Source: Callorhinchus milii
Lineage: Eukaryota
DNA length: 64,000 nt
Direction: 5' to 3'
Assembly: GCF_018977255.1 (NCBI RefSeq)
Contig: NW_024704744.1
Location: 51,398,001-51,462,000 of the forward strand
The position numbers and the translations under genes were made by a program. The notes under the pieces were generated by a model. That model worked only from the letters and a program-made list of their open reading frames with translations, was not told the origin of the DNA and searched no databases. This document shows positions 51,950 through 63,124 of the stretch, piece by piece; within the stretch, counting starts at the first letter, position 1; each line of letters starts with the position of its first letter.

Positions 51950-52335
51950 GCAGAGTTCTGGATGATCTGCAGCCCATGGAGGGAGGAGTTGGGGAGGCCG
52001 ACAAGCGATGAGTTTGCATTGTCGAGCCTCGAAGTTATGAAAACACATATGAGGGTTTCGGCGGCCTGTGGTGTGAGACGGTGGCAGAGCCGGGCGATGT
52101 TGTGTAGGTGGAGGAAGGCAGAGCGGGTCATGGTATGGATGTGGGGTAGAAAGGATAGTTGAGGGTCAAACAAGACGCCAAGGTTCTGGACTAACTCAGT
52201 GAGGTGCAGTATGGGACTGTGGATGCTGATGCTGTCAGCGCCTGAGGTGTGGAGGCGCTGACTGGAGCCAATCAGGAGAGCCTTGGTCTTGTTGACGTTC
52301 AACTGAAGAAAGTTAGCTCTCATCCAGGACATTAT
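51950..52335 (-). mobile_element. L2 fragment
   Basis: WMRANFLQLNVNKTK...NLGVLFDPQLSF...IQNSAA. Confidence 0.9.
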
Positions 52336-52694
52336 GTTTAAAGAGCACAAGGGTTCTTTAAACGACCCTTTGCTCACTCTAGACTAAGTTCTCACAACGT
52401 GGCTGACATTCTTGTTCAAGAATATCTGCACTAGCCTAATGCTTTATGGAGTTTTGCTGTGATGCAACACTAACAAGAAATGACTCATACTCCATTTCAA
52501 ATCTTCATTTTTTTTGTGTTGACTAGTTTACAGGGCTTAAAAACCCCACAAAAGGTCAAAAGTAGAGAATAATATTAAAAATGAGACTTAAACGGAGCAC
52601 AAAGAGTGAACCTTTTCTCGGGTCATGGATGTCCAGATGCAAATAAATGATTTAAATAACCTTTCACTACTTTGCAATATTTTTTTTTCTGCAG

Positions 52695-52777
52695 ATGTAT
52701 TGTGACACCGTCAGGCTGGATTCTGGGATTGACTACCGGAAAAGATCCCTTGCTAGAACAGAAAAACTTTATTATCT
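52695..52777 (+). CDS. AFG1L: AFG1L exon 8 (MYCDTVRLDSGIDYRKRSLARTEKLYYL)
   Basis: LDSGIDYR motif; poly-T ctgcag/GTAAGT; 83 nt. Confidence 0.95.
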
Positions 52778-52843
52778 GTAAGTTTAAAATGTTCAAAAGT
52801 TCTTGTTGTGGAAAACTGGCAATCTATATTTTATAATAATATA

Positions 52844-53156
52844 ATAATAATCCTTGCATTTGATATAGCGCTTTTCACGTCTTCTCGACATCTCAAAGCG
52901 CTTCACAGAATTTGCTGTAAAGTGAATTGACTGTATATTTGTGGGCGAAACACGGCAGCCAATTGCGCACAGCAGTGTCCCACAAACAGTTGTGGATTGA
53001 AAATGAGCAATTTATTATTGTTTTGTCTTGGGAGGGATTATTATTAGGCGTGTGGAGTAAGGAACTTGCCCAAGGTTTCGCCGTGACCTGCCTGGAATTG
53101 AACCCAGGTGTCTCGCTTGCCAGGCGAGTGCTGTAACCACTGAGCTATAGAACTCC
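52844..53156 (-). mobile_element. tRNA-SINE, short subfamily, full length
   Basis: Reverse-complement head and tail. Confidence 0.88.
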
Positions 53157-53214
53157 ACATTTTTGATATCAGGTAGTAAAACTATTCATAATTCTCATGG
53201 TTGTTATCAGCATA

Positions 53215-53585
53215 GTAGTGCCAGTTTGCCTCGGTTGGTAGCACTCTAGTCTCTGGGTCAGAAGATTATGTATTCATTGGGGTATCAGCCGAGACAAATG
53301 CTTGGAGTATTAAAGAAGTGTTAGAGGTACTGTCCTTTGGATGAGATATTAAATTGAGAGCCTGTCTTCCTGTTCAGGTGGATGTTAAAGTCCCATGACA
53401 CCATTTCTCTTGGCATCCTGACTAACCATCATCCAATGAATTGGTCATTCACCTTCATAGCTGTTTGAGGTATATTGATGTGCACAAATTGGATTCTATA
53501 TTCACTTACAAATACACAGCCACTATACAAATTGCTTTGAGACATTTCAGCATTACAGGCACTATATCAAATGCAAGGATTAATA
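53215..53585 (+). mobile_element. Deu-domain SINE
   Basis: Head gccagtttgcctcggttggtagcactc, core and tail. Confidence 0.65.
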
Positions 53586-53740
53586 GTATTAGTGACCAAA
53601 TTTGTAAATCTGCACAAAAACTGACCCATTTTGACACCCACTTCAAAGAGAAATGAGACACAAAGTACTGCATAAAACCAAGTTCCATGACACAAAGATC
53701 TTGCTCCAAGAAAATGATCTTAATCCTTAATTGTAATCTG

Positions 53741-53843
53741 ATAACAATCCTTACATTTGATATAAGGTTTCGCCCGCCTGGGAATTGAACCCGGGTGCTC
53801 TCACCTGCGAGGCGAGTGCTCTAACCACTGAGCTACAGGACTC
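53741..53843 (-). mobile_element. Mini tRNA-SINE (head fused directly to the last ~20 nt of the tail)
   Basis: GAGTCCTGTAGCTCAGTGG...GGCGAAACCTT|ATATCAAATGTAAGGATT. Confidence 0.8.
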
Positions 53844-55046
53844 TGGGGAAGGGCAGGAAAGGATATAATCCATCACAAATTGATTTTTTTCTCAGCTATT
53901 ACTTAATCATAAATGAATTGTGATTTTATTACATTTTTTGGATCCCTAGCATCTGATGAACAAAGTGGTTTACAAATCTATGCTCTTCGTTACATTCACC
54001 ATTATGAGCATTTGTGATGGAAGTAAAATAATTACAAGATCTTTATAACCAGATGAACTCTATTAGACATTTTCTTCTTTTAAGGGTGTAAGACAGACTC
54101 TTTCACCTGTTGTGCATGTTTTCTGCATTACAAGGGGAATGCTAAATAATTTTGTCCCCAAATTATTTTACAATTGAAGTTTTTTTCCCCCCCCCCGTCT
54201 ATCAGTGTAAATGTCCTCTTGTAAGTTACAGTCAATGTGTGACAGAGCCATCTCCATGATCAGAATTGTTAATGATGAATTTGAATTGTTGGTATTGTCT
54301 GTTTCTTTAAGAATACTCAGTGGGAGCCCTATAGATCGTCACAGTGATTAAAAAGTAGAAAATGTGAATGATTTTCAAATACAGTAACTGATTTTAAGAG
54401 GTTTCTTTATACGTAGCTGATTTCTTTAGTCCTCTGTGTTGGAACCCGCTGTCCAATGGCCAACTCTAAAAGAGGATGGTTGACAAGGTTAAGGCACAAC
54501 ACAGGAGAGCACTGCAGAATGTCGGCACAATGTAGAACAGCACAGCAAACTCCAGCAGCGCAACAATCTTTAAACATAATATATCCAAAGGTGGAAACCG
54601 GAAAGTTGGATTTAGTGAATCCAAAAGAACATTTTCTGCATTTAGAGAAATAATCCGAAAGCAAAAATTGCAGCTTTTAACTAAAAATGCTTGTTATTTA
54701 TATTAAAATTTATATATTAAATAAGCAAAAATTTATTTTGGTACACTGCAGAAAATGGGTATAGTATGTAAGGGTGTACCAAATTTAATAACTCTTCTAA
54801 TATGTATCAATAGTGTTTCAATTGGAGACATTTTATATCTGACTAAAGTCTATAATTGCTTGGGTTTTGTGAAGATAAAAATTTGATAAAAACCTTCCTA
54901 CTCAATTGTTATTCTGACTGGCCATAGATTTTTTTAATTTAAAAATTGAAAAGTTGATATCTGCTTTACACTGATTCTTCTTGGATATTTATTACCAATG
55001 TCTCCTTGTATGTCCTTCGTACACGATGCAGCTATCAAGATCTTTA

Positions 55047-55500
55047 TAGAATAGAATCATAGAATTTTAGAGAAATAAAGAAGGCCATTTAGTTCAGTGT
55101 GTCCCTGTCGGCTATCTGAAAGAGCTATCCATTTAGTTCCACTTCTCTGTCTTTTATATTTTCCTTTTCAATTATTTATCTAATTTGCCTTTAAAAGCTT
55201 TTGTGGATTCTACTTCAACCATTGCCTTTGGTAGGGTTTTCCATTTGTGTGTGGTGTATTTGAAAAAAAATCTAACCTCTCCATTTGTATCATTCAATAA
55301 TGATCTTAAATTTATGTCTTTTTAATTGCCTTACTGACCAGGGAAATAGTGACCATATCAAGAATCCTCACATTTTCAACACCTCTATTAGGTTTCCACT
55401 GAACCTTCTGTGTTCTAGTGAAAACAGCCCCAGTTTCTCTAGTTCCTCAATAAAAATAAAGTATTTTATCCCTGGTGTATCTATTGAATCTCTTCCTAGT
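55047..55500 (-). mobile_element. Degenerate CR1 3' fragment
   Basis: tagaatcatagaa...aggccatt...ccagtttctctagt antisense CR1 tail. Confidence 0.6.
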
Positions 55501-56471
55501 CCTGTTTGCTTAAGGAAACCTGAGCTAAATTCAGGACCATTACCCGTAACTAAGCATCACAATTTATTTTTCTGGTAAGGCTGGGAATGATCATGCTATA
55601 AAAAGATAACGCAGGAGTGTTTAGCATTAGTATGTGTGTTCTTTTTTATTCTGAGACTATTATGTGACATTGAGGTTAATTTTGCATTGTCGTCAGACAT
55701 GAATTAAATGAATAAACTCTTGTCAAAACAAGAATATATCAGCGCTCAATCTTTTGGACTCTTTGGATGCAAATTCTAATAGTAACTTCTAAATATAATT
55801 GATCAGTGCATTCCCAGTTGTATTTAACCATGTTTTTGCAAGATTTTTTTTAGAAAATCATATCACAAACAACTGTAAACTTCTATACCAGAAATCAGGC
55901 ATGCTTTCTACTGGACACTTTTGCACATCTCCAAGTGGCTGAATGAAGAACAGAATCAGGGAGGGCTAAGAGGGGGGAAGTGACCTACTTGCACCATGAC
56001 TGTGGAAGGGCACTGAGAGACATTGCTATTGGAGAAGAGAAATGAGTGTAAAAACAGAGGTAGAAGAAGGTGGCACAATGGTGCAACACCTTGTAATAGA
56101 ATATAGATTTCTGCCAATGATATTCCATACACTAAATTTTGTTTTATTGTCCATGCTGTGTTGGAGAGGGACAAAGAGCAGGCAAAGCACTTTTCATGGG
56201 GAAGAAAGAAGCACCAAAGGGATTTAAGATAGGCCTATTCTCATGCATGTCCTATTTGACAATAGATTATTATGATATTTTTAAAAAATAAATTTCATTC
56301 TCAACAATAAAATAAATAATACTTGGATTTAGTATGGTGTCTCAAACTGCTTCACATAACGAAGTTATACAGCCACATAAGCCTCAATCTATTATCAAAA
56401 GTAATTGGCTCTTTATTCATTAGTAAATCAAAGAATGTTAATAAAGAAAAGTACTGCAGGTACTGGAAATC

Positions 56472-56670
56472 TGGTATAAACAAAGAAGTCGCTGGAAATA
56501 CGCAGCAGGTCAGGCAGCATCCATGGAGAGAGAAGCATCCGTTAACGTTTCAGGTCTATGACCTTTTGTTCTGCCAAAAAGTGATAGATCTGAAACGTTA
56601 ACTAATTTTTCTCTCTCCATGGATGCTGCTTAACCTGCTGGTGTTCCCAGCAACTTCTGTGTTTATACCA
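56472..56670. mobile_element. Palindromic (hairpin) element, probably derived from a Penelope-like element terminus
   Basis: Long imperfect inverted repeat including a perfect 21-bp arm pair (56514-56534 / 56609-56629); family assignment is from recollection only. Confidence 0.6.
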
Positions 56671-57724
56671 AAGATTGTTAATGTTGGAGCAACATCAAAA
56701 TGTCTGTAACTTTGGTAAGTGCTTAATTTTTACGTAGTAAGCCTGGTTATTTGCCTACAAATACAGTCAATACACTTTACAGTTCATCCTGTGAAGTGCT
56801 TTGAGATGTCTTCCCGACATGGATGGCACTTTATCAAGTTCAAAAAATGTTTATTATACTTCTCTAGCCCTGATTCTCCTTCCTCCAGGCATGATGGTAT
56901 AAGCACTTGCAACTTTGAAGCTTGGAAGCTGAAACAAACTGGATTCATTACAATCCTAAGTTAAATCTGTGTCTGAACCCAACAGCAGCAGAGTTCAACA
57001 AGGCAGGTTTGCTTCACAAAGCTGCAAGTGTGCTTTTGTGTCTGGATGACATTGATGATGGGTTGAAAGTAATATTTGTGAAGTGTTTTTTATCTGGACA
57101 CTGTGCTGGCTGGGAACTCTTGGTTCAAAAGAAAAAAAATCCCTTGTTTTGTTCTGCTGTTACAACTCAAGTTGCACTATTGTTCCCTACTTTTCCTTTT
57201 CAAATCCAGGCATGAAATACATGTATTGTGAAAAACCTATTATCTATATTATATATAAAATGTATAGAAAAATACTTGTTTTAAAATGATTTTTTACAGT
57301 TACTACTTGCATTATATGGCACTCCTCATTTAGGATAATGTCTTTGAGTACTTTACAATAATGGTATCAGACAGACAGCGCCTTGGGATGTCCTCCCGAC
57401 ATGAAAGGCACTGTATAAATACAATCTGTTGTTGTTTTAGTGGTATATTTACAATAAAGAAAAGCTATCGAGGGTTCTACAAATCCAAAATATGATGCAA
57501 AGGTGTACAGTATTCCAGCATATAAACCGTTTGTCATTGTACTGCTGTAGTATATTAAATGGAGTGAAGAGCAATCTCCTCTCATGCAATTCTACTGTCC
57601 AATCACTTCCTACTCATCGGTTGACTACTATGCTATTGTGACCTAACCTTATGTATTTTGCATGTCCTATACAACAACAATTACTACTTGCATTATATGG
57701 CACTCTTCATGCAGGATAATGTCT

Positions 57725-58220
57725 TTGAGTGCCCAGCAAAGGAAGGAACAGGGTGCGGTCAAGCTGGGACATGAAGACGGATAGAGAGGAAGGGAGTTTG
57801 AGAGGTTAGGGACATAGAATCTGAAAGCTCTCGCTCATGAGAGGGTGGGGACATGCAACAAGCTTGAGTTAACTGTGCGGAGGGGATGACGGGAGTGGAT
57901 AGAAGGAGATCAGCGAGATGGTGCTAGGGTGTCCAGGGAGTTATAAATGAGGATAAGGACCTTGAAATTGGTCCATGGGGAGTTGGGGAGACAGAGGAGT
58001 TTGGCAAGGACTGGGGTGATGGTTGTGTGGAATTTGGTGTGGGTGAGGATAAGTTGGATGTTATCCCTGGTGGAGCTAGCTAGACCAGCGAGAAATGCAT
58101 TTAGAAGGTCTGGCTGGGAGGTAATGAAGGAGTGGATAAGAGTATCAGCGACATTTGGTGCGGAATTGGGCCAAGGCAGGTTAAGTGGCAGAGGTGAAGA
58201 AAAATGAAACTGTTTCAAGA
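57725..58220 (-). mobile_element. Degenerate L2 fragment
   Basis: ADTLIHSFITS...NAFLAGL...ITPVLAKL.CLP...FKVLIL. Confidence 0.75.
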
Positions 58221-59452
58221 TTGTAGTGTATCAAGAATAAATGACTTAAATGATTGAAGTAACAAGTGAGCAGATAATGAATTTGTAACCTCTATGTATT
58301 GCTACCTATAGCACATCTCAATATTTGTTGTATACAGGAGAGAATTCCTAATCTTAAAGAGTGCGAAGTGTGAGAACAGTAGCACCTGAAAGAGTTAAAT
58401 ATTCCACCCAGCAGCCCATTTCCCATCATTTGGTTCCAGCATTGTCCTGTTTAAGTTATCTCAAGTGCAGGTTCCCCCCCACCCCACCCACCCTCATCTG
58501 CGTATAAACAACACTGAAGCATTCAAGATAATGTGGAGTTGAACTTTGAGAAGGAATTTTGTTCCACAATTGATTTCCTGAGAGTAGACTATTGTTGTCC
58601 AATGAATATGAAGAGTAATGATTCATTACAGAAAAAAAATCCCCTCTGTATCTTTTTTTAATAATGTAGCTTGTTGGAGGTTCTCACTTCTGTTTTGGCA
58701 ATGTATTCTCGAGACTTCCTCTTGTGCTATAAAACTGAGACATTAGCCAAGTTGTAATGTGCTGTGGAGGGAATTGAAAGATGACAAAATGTATCAATTA
58801 AAAAAAAGAACTTTTGTCCACTTAAAATTCTTTGTTTCTGTTTTGTTCATTTTACATGATCTAATCAAATTTGCACTCACTGAGAATGAAGTACTGCATG
58901 TTCAGTTCAAGAAATGTTTCAGCATTAATTTTTGAAAATTATTTTGTTTTGCACTGTTTTGTAAATACAGTAATGTGACTCTGGAGAACTCTCGTATTCG
59001 TACTTGATTTCTTATCTGAAATTCTGTATGCATCAACTCATAATAATATTTTATAAGCTTAATAGTATCATGCTCTCTCAACACACTGCTTTAATTTGAC
59101 TTTTATAACAAGCTACTTAGCCATATTTAGTTTGAATAATGTACTATTGCAGTATGTTTTTCAAAAGATGTTTCTTCAGAAGAGCGACTGATCTGTTCTC
59201 TTGCTCTTGTTTTGCATTCAAGGGAAAGCCATAGTCCTTTCTTCTCATTGTATACACATAGCATTAATGGATTTGGTTCGCCTGTATTGCCTCATTACTG
59301 GCTTAGGTTTCAATCACAGAAGTCTTTCAGTGTATGCAAATAAGGTAGAATCATCTACCTGAGAGTTAATATTCTCTGCTTTAAAGTGTACTATAAATGT
59401 AATGTTTGTATTTAGAGCATAACATCCTGTTCTTTTTTGATGGGCAAAAAGC

Positions 59453-59656
59453 NNNNNNNNNNNNNNNNNNNNNNNNNNNNNNNNNNNNNNNNNNNNNNNN
59501 NNNNNNNNNNNNNNNNNNNNNNNNNNNNNNNNNNNNNNNNNNNNNNNNNNNNNNNNNNNNNNNNNNNNNNNNNNNNNNNNNNNNNNNNNNNNNNNNNNNN
59601 NNNNNNNNNNNNNNNNNNNNNNNNNNNNNNNNNNNNNNNNNNNNNNNNNNNNNNNN
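59453..59656. other. Assembly gap (204 N)
   Basis: Run of N; a single additional N at 46819. Confidence 1.
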
Positions 59657-59857
59657 CCACTGACCAATTAGTAAGTTCCATTGCTGTATATGGATTGATG
59701 CCACACACAAGTGGTTGTCATTGTATCAGTATTTTGTCTAATTTTCTATGTTGAATCATGTGCTATTATTCATCAAGCCATGCATTTCCCAGCTATAAGA
59801 GATGAATTTTATAGTAATTATCCAGACAAGACTGAGTCTTTGTTCATGTTTCCATAG

Positions 59858-59958
59858 TAACAAGACCAAGGATTTTGAAAGTGCATGGCAGAGAGCTGAG
59901 ACTGAGTAAAGCCTGTGGAACCATAGCAGACTGCACATTTGAAGAGCTGTTTGAAAAA
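59858..59958 (+). CDS. AFG1L: AFG1L exon 10 (TRPRILKVHGRELRLSKACGTIADCTFEELFEK)
   Basis: Matches the LACE1 TRPRILKV.GRELRL.KACGT.ADCTFEEL segment; ccatag/GTGAGT; 101 nt; its phase requires an intervening exon after exon 8. Confidence 0.93.
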
Positions 59959-60384
59959 GTGAGTACAGTCAAGTCTTGAACATCGACAGGATATGCTAGC
60001 CTTGCTTTCCTACATGTTTATCATATGTCTCACTTCCCATCCATAAGGTAAAATAATCCCAGCATCTCAAGTGGAAACTACTTAGTTGTCATAACTCTTT
60101 CATTGTTTCTATTTTAAAGCAGCAGGGTGAGAGAAAGAGAGTTGTACCATATTTACTAAGGATGAAAAGAAATAGAACTGACTCTGTATAAATGGACTAA
60201 CACATGGTGAAGACTATGAAATTTAGCAACAATGGAAAATTAAATAAATGTTAAATATTTTTCCTTTCATCCCTATGCAGCCTTTAGTTCGAGACAACCA
60301 GTAACACGGTCTACGCTATTTTCATAATTTGCCTTTGCTGATTTGTTCATCAGGCGAGTTTCTTCCACCATCAATTTACAATCT

Positions 60385-60925
60385 ACTCTATCCTGGACTC
60401 TCTGCTTGCTGGACTACCCGCCTCTTCCCTTCACAGGTTATAGACTATTTAGAACTCTGCAGCTTGTGTCCTTTCCCATACTAGGCTCTGCAAGCCTATC
60501 ACTCCTATCCTTGCCTAATTCCACTGGCTCCTTAACCCCCTCATCTTCACCTTGAAATCCCTCCATGGTCTTGTTTAACAGTACCCCTGTGGCCTTCTCA
60601 AATCATACAAACCAACCGCTCTCTCTGCTCTGCGGGCACCAGCCTCCTTCACGTACTTCGCACCCCCCAACCCACCATTAGCAGTTTGGAGTTTCAGCGT
60701 ATCTGCTTCGATCCTCTGAAACACCATCCCAGAGTCCCTTTGACTCACTTGCCCCTCACTTCCTTCAAGATCTGCTTTAAGACCTTCCTCTTTCACCACA
60801 ATTTGGGCATTCTCCTCCCCTCCCAGTTCCATTCCCCACCTCCCCCCCACCCCAGTTCCAATCCCCAGCTCAGATGCAAACCTCCCTATGCAAAAAACGC
60901 AATATAAATGTAAATTTGTATTGTA
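60385..60925 (+). mobile_element. Degenerate L2 3' fragment
   Basis: QNSAA-like remnant, HWL remnant, FKICFKTFLF and tail. Confidence 0.7.
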
Positions 60926-61217
60926 ACTACTAATTTTGTATGGAAAGATTCTGCAAAGTATCTCTTTGCTGCAACCTATTTTCTCACAGTTTTTCCATGC
61001 TCTGCAGTTACTAAGGATATTTGGATAGTTAGTGACAATCTGCTAAATGATACCAAACTTTTAGATCTAGATTACAGTTGTAGTTTGTCTCTCAGACACA
61101 GAGACCCAAGTTTTAAATTAATCCAATGTTCACACTCATCATGGCAAGCTGGATGATGGCTTAATTAAACTTTACAGGCATTGGTGGCAAGGGGTGATGA
61201 TGCTCCAATAATGTTAA

Positions 61218-61495
61218 ACTTGGCTCAGTTACTAATATTCTTGCCTCTTAATCAGAAGGTTGACGTTTCAAATCGGGATTTAAGCTTGTGGTCTCGGCTG
61301 ACACTCCGCTGCAGTTCTGGAGGAGCACTTGCATTATCGGAGTACCATCATTCAGATGAGATGGTAAACTGAGGTCCCATTTGTCTTCTTCAAGTGGACC
61401 TTAAAGATCACATGGCCCAATTGAAAGAGAGGAGTTTCTCCTAATATCTTGGCCAACAAACTTCCAGATTAATTGGTAATGTGTCTCATAGCTGT
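61218..61495 (+). mobile_element. Deu-domain SINE, degenerate
   Basis: Head cttggctcagtt... and core ttcagatgagatggtaaactgaggtccc. Confidence 0.6.
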
Positions 61496-63124
61496 TCCCT
61501 TACTCCAGAATGTACTTCTTTCTGATGTATACATGATAAGTTGCTATAAAAAAGTTCCAGAGTAACTGATTGCATCAAGCTCTTTGAAGTGATGAGACTC
61601 TCTTAACTGCAAATCTAATACTATTTAATAATTTTAGTCTTAATGCACACACTGCAGAGTAGTCATGCACATGTGTGCCCATGTGCACACATGTGCATGA
61701 CTACTACTTTGCCTTAGGGCAAATTTCTAGTATCAACAATGGTATACTTCCTTACAGAAGATGAACAAAAATCAGAAGGCTCATCAACCCTGACCTGTTC
61801 TCAAGCACTTCCCGTCAGTGCATTTCAGATCATCATTAAGAGCCTCGAACACGACGGACTGAATGGCCTCTTTGTTTGCTGAAAATTCTATGATTCTAAA
61901 AGCCTCTGCAGATGGGAAATGGTAAAAGGCTTCAGGGAGCTCAAAGAAGGGACTGAATTATTTTATTATTAATTAGCTGTTTTCAAAAAATCTCAGTACA
62001 TTTATTCTTTTGGAAATTGCTTGCTTACATGCATTCTGCTATAACTAAATTGTGAATTAAAAAGGCCCTTGTAACCATTAGACTTATTTTAGAAAGTGAA
62101 AACCATCAGAGGCATTTCTGTTTTTTTGGCACTGTGACCCTGTCACTATTATTGTTTTTGAAGATATCCATCCGAGCTAGTGCATTTTGTCAAAATAATG
62201 AATAAGAATTCTCAGAGATAATGTCATTGATCTAAATGCACCTACAAAGTCACAGTGTTGTATATTCCTCTTCCTTAAGAGCCTCCAGGAGCTGTGTACC
62301 GAGAATATCTAATGCAGGCAGACAAAGACCCAGATTCATCTTGAATATGGCGGAATCTGTTTAGGGTAATAAAATAATACTTCAGATCGTGATGATGGAG
62401 CATGCATTAATTCCTTCCATTTTTAGACCATTTCTGCAAGAAAGCAGCCAAGGTAGAAGCATAAAAATGATGTAAACAACTCTGACATACAAACTGAAGT
62501 GGTCTGATGATGAGCTGGAGCTATTGCACTCCATTTTTCTGCTTTGACATCTTGTAAAGAAAGTGAGCTTTTAGTCAGAGTGAGAACAGTACTTCTGACT
62601 TTGTCTTTTTTTTCTCCATGTTCATTATTTTGTAAACATGTGTTGGCTCCTTTTCTGGAATGGTTCAAGCTGAACTCAAAGTTTAAAGATATTAACATTT
62701 TTTAAAAATAAAAATCAATCTTAGTTAGCCACATTTCACATACGATGTACATTTCATCTTGTGTTAGAATGGGTCTTGGTGACATAGTCGTACAGATAAA
62801 GTAATTGTATAGATAGTATATTAAAGATGCATGTGAGGAAACAGAAATTTATATCACATGGTAGTTTGTATCACATAAAACAGTTTTCCTGTTTAGTTAA
62901 TTTGGTATTGAGGCAAATAATTTACTTTGGTAAAAGAGAAAAGATTTAGTGGTGATCAAAGAACAATGGGGTTCAGAAATAACAGAATTTTCACAAAAAA
63001 AAATTGTTTAATAATCCCAAATTGAGTCTAATCAACTCAGGAATCTGTAATGTATGTAGAAGGTGCATTATATGCAATTGAGGATGGAAGCATTCCGCCA
63101 TCTCCCATAAATTGTATCAGAATA

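Noticed and set aside
59657-59676. 3' end of AFG1L exon 9 before GTAAGT at 59671
   Set aside because: The required phase-1 frame contains TGA and does not resemble the expected peptide
59314-59754. ORFs containing X runs
   Set aside because: They span the N gap
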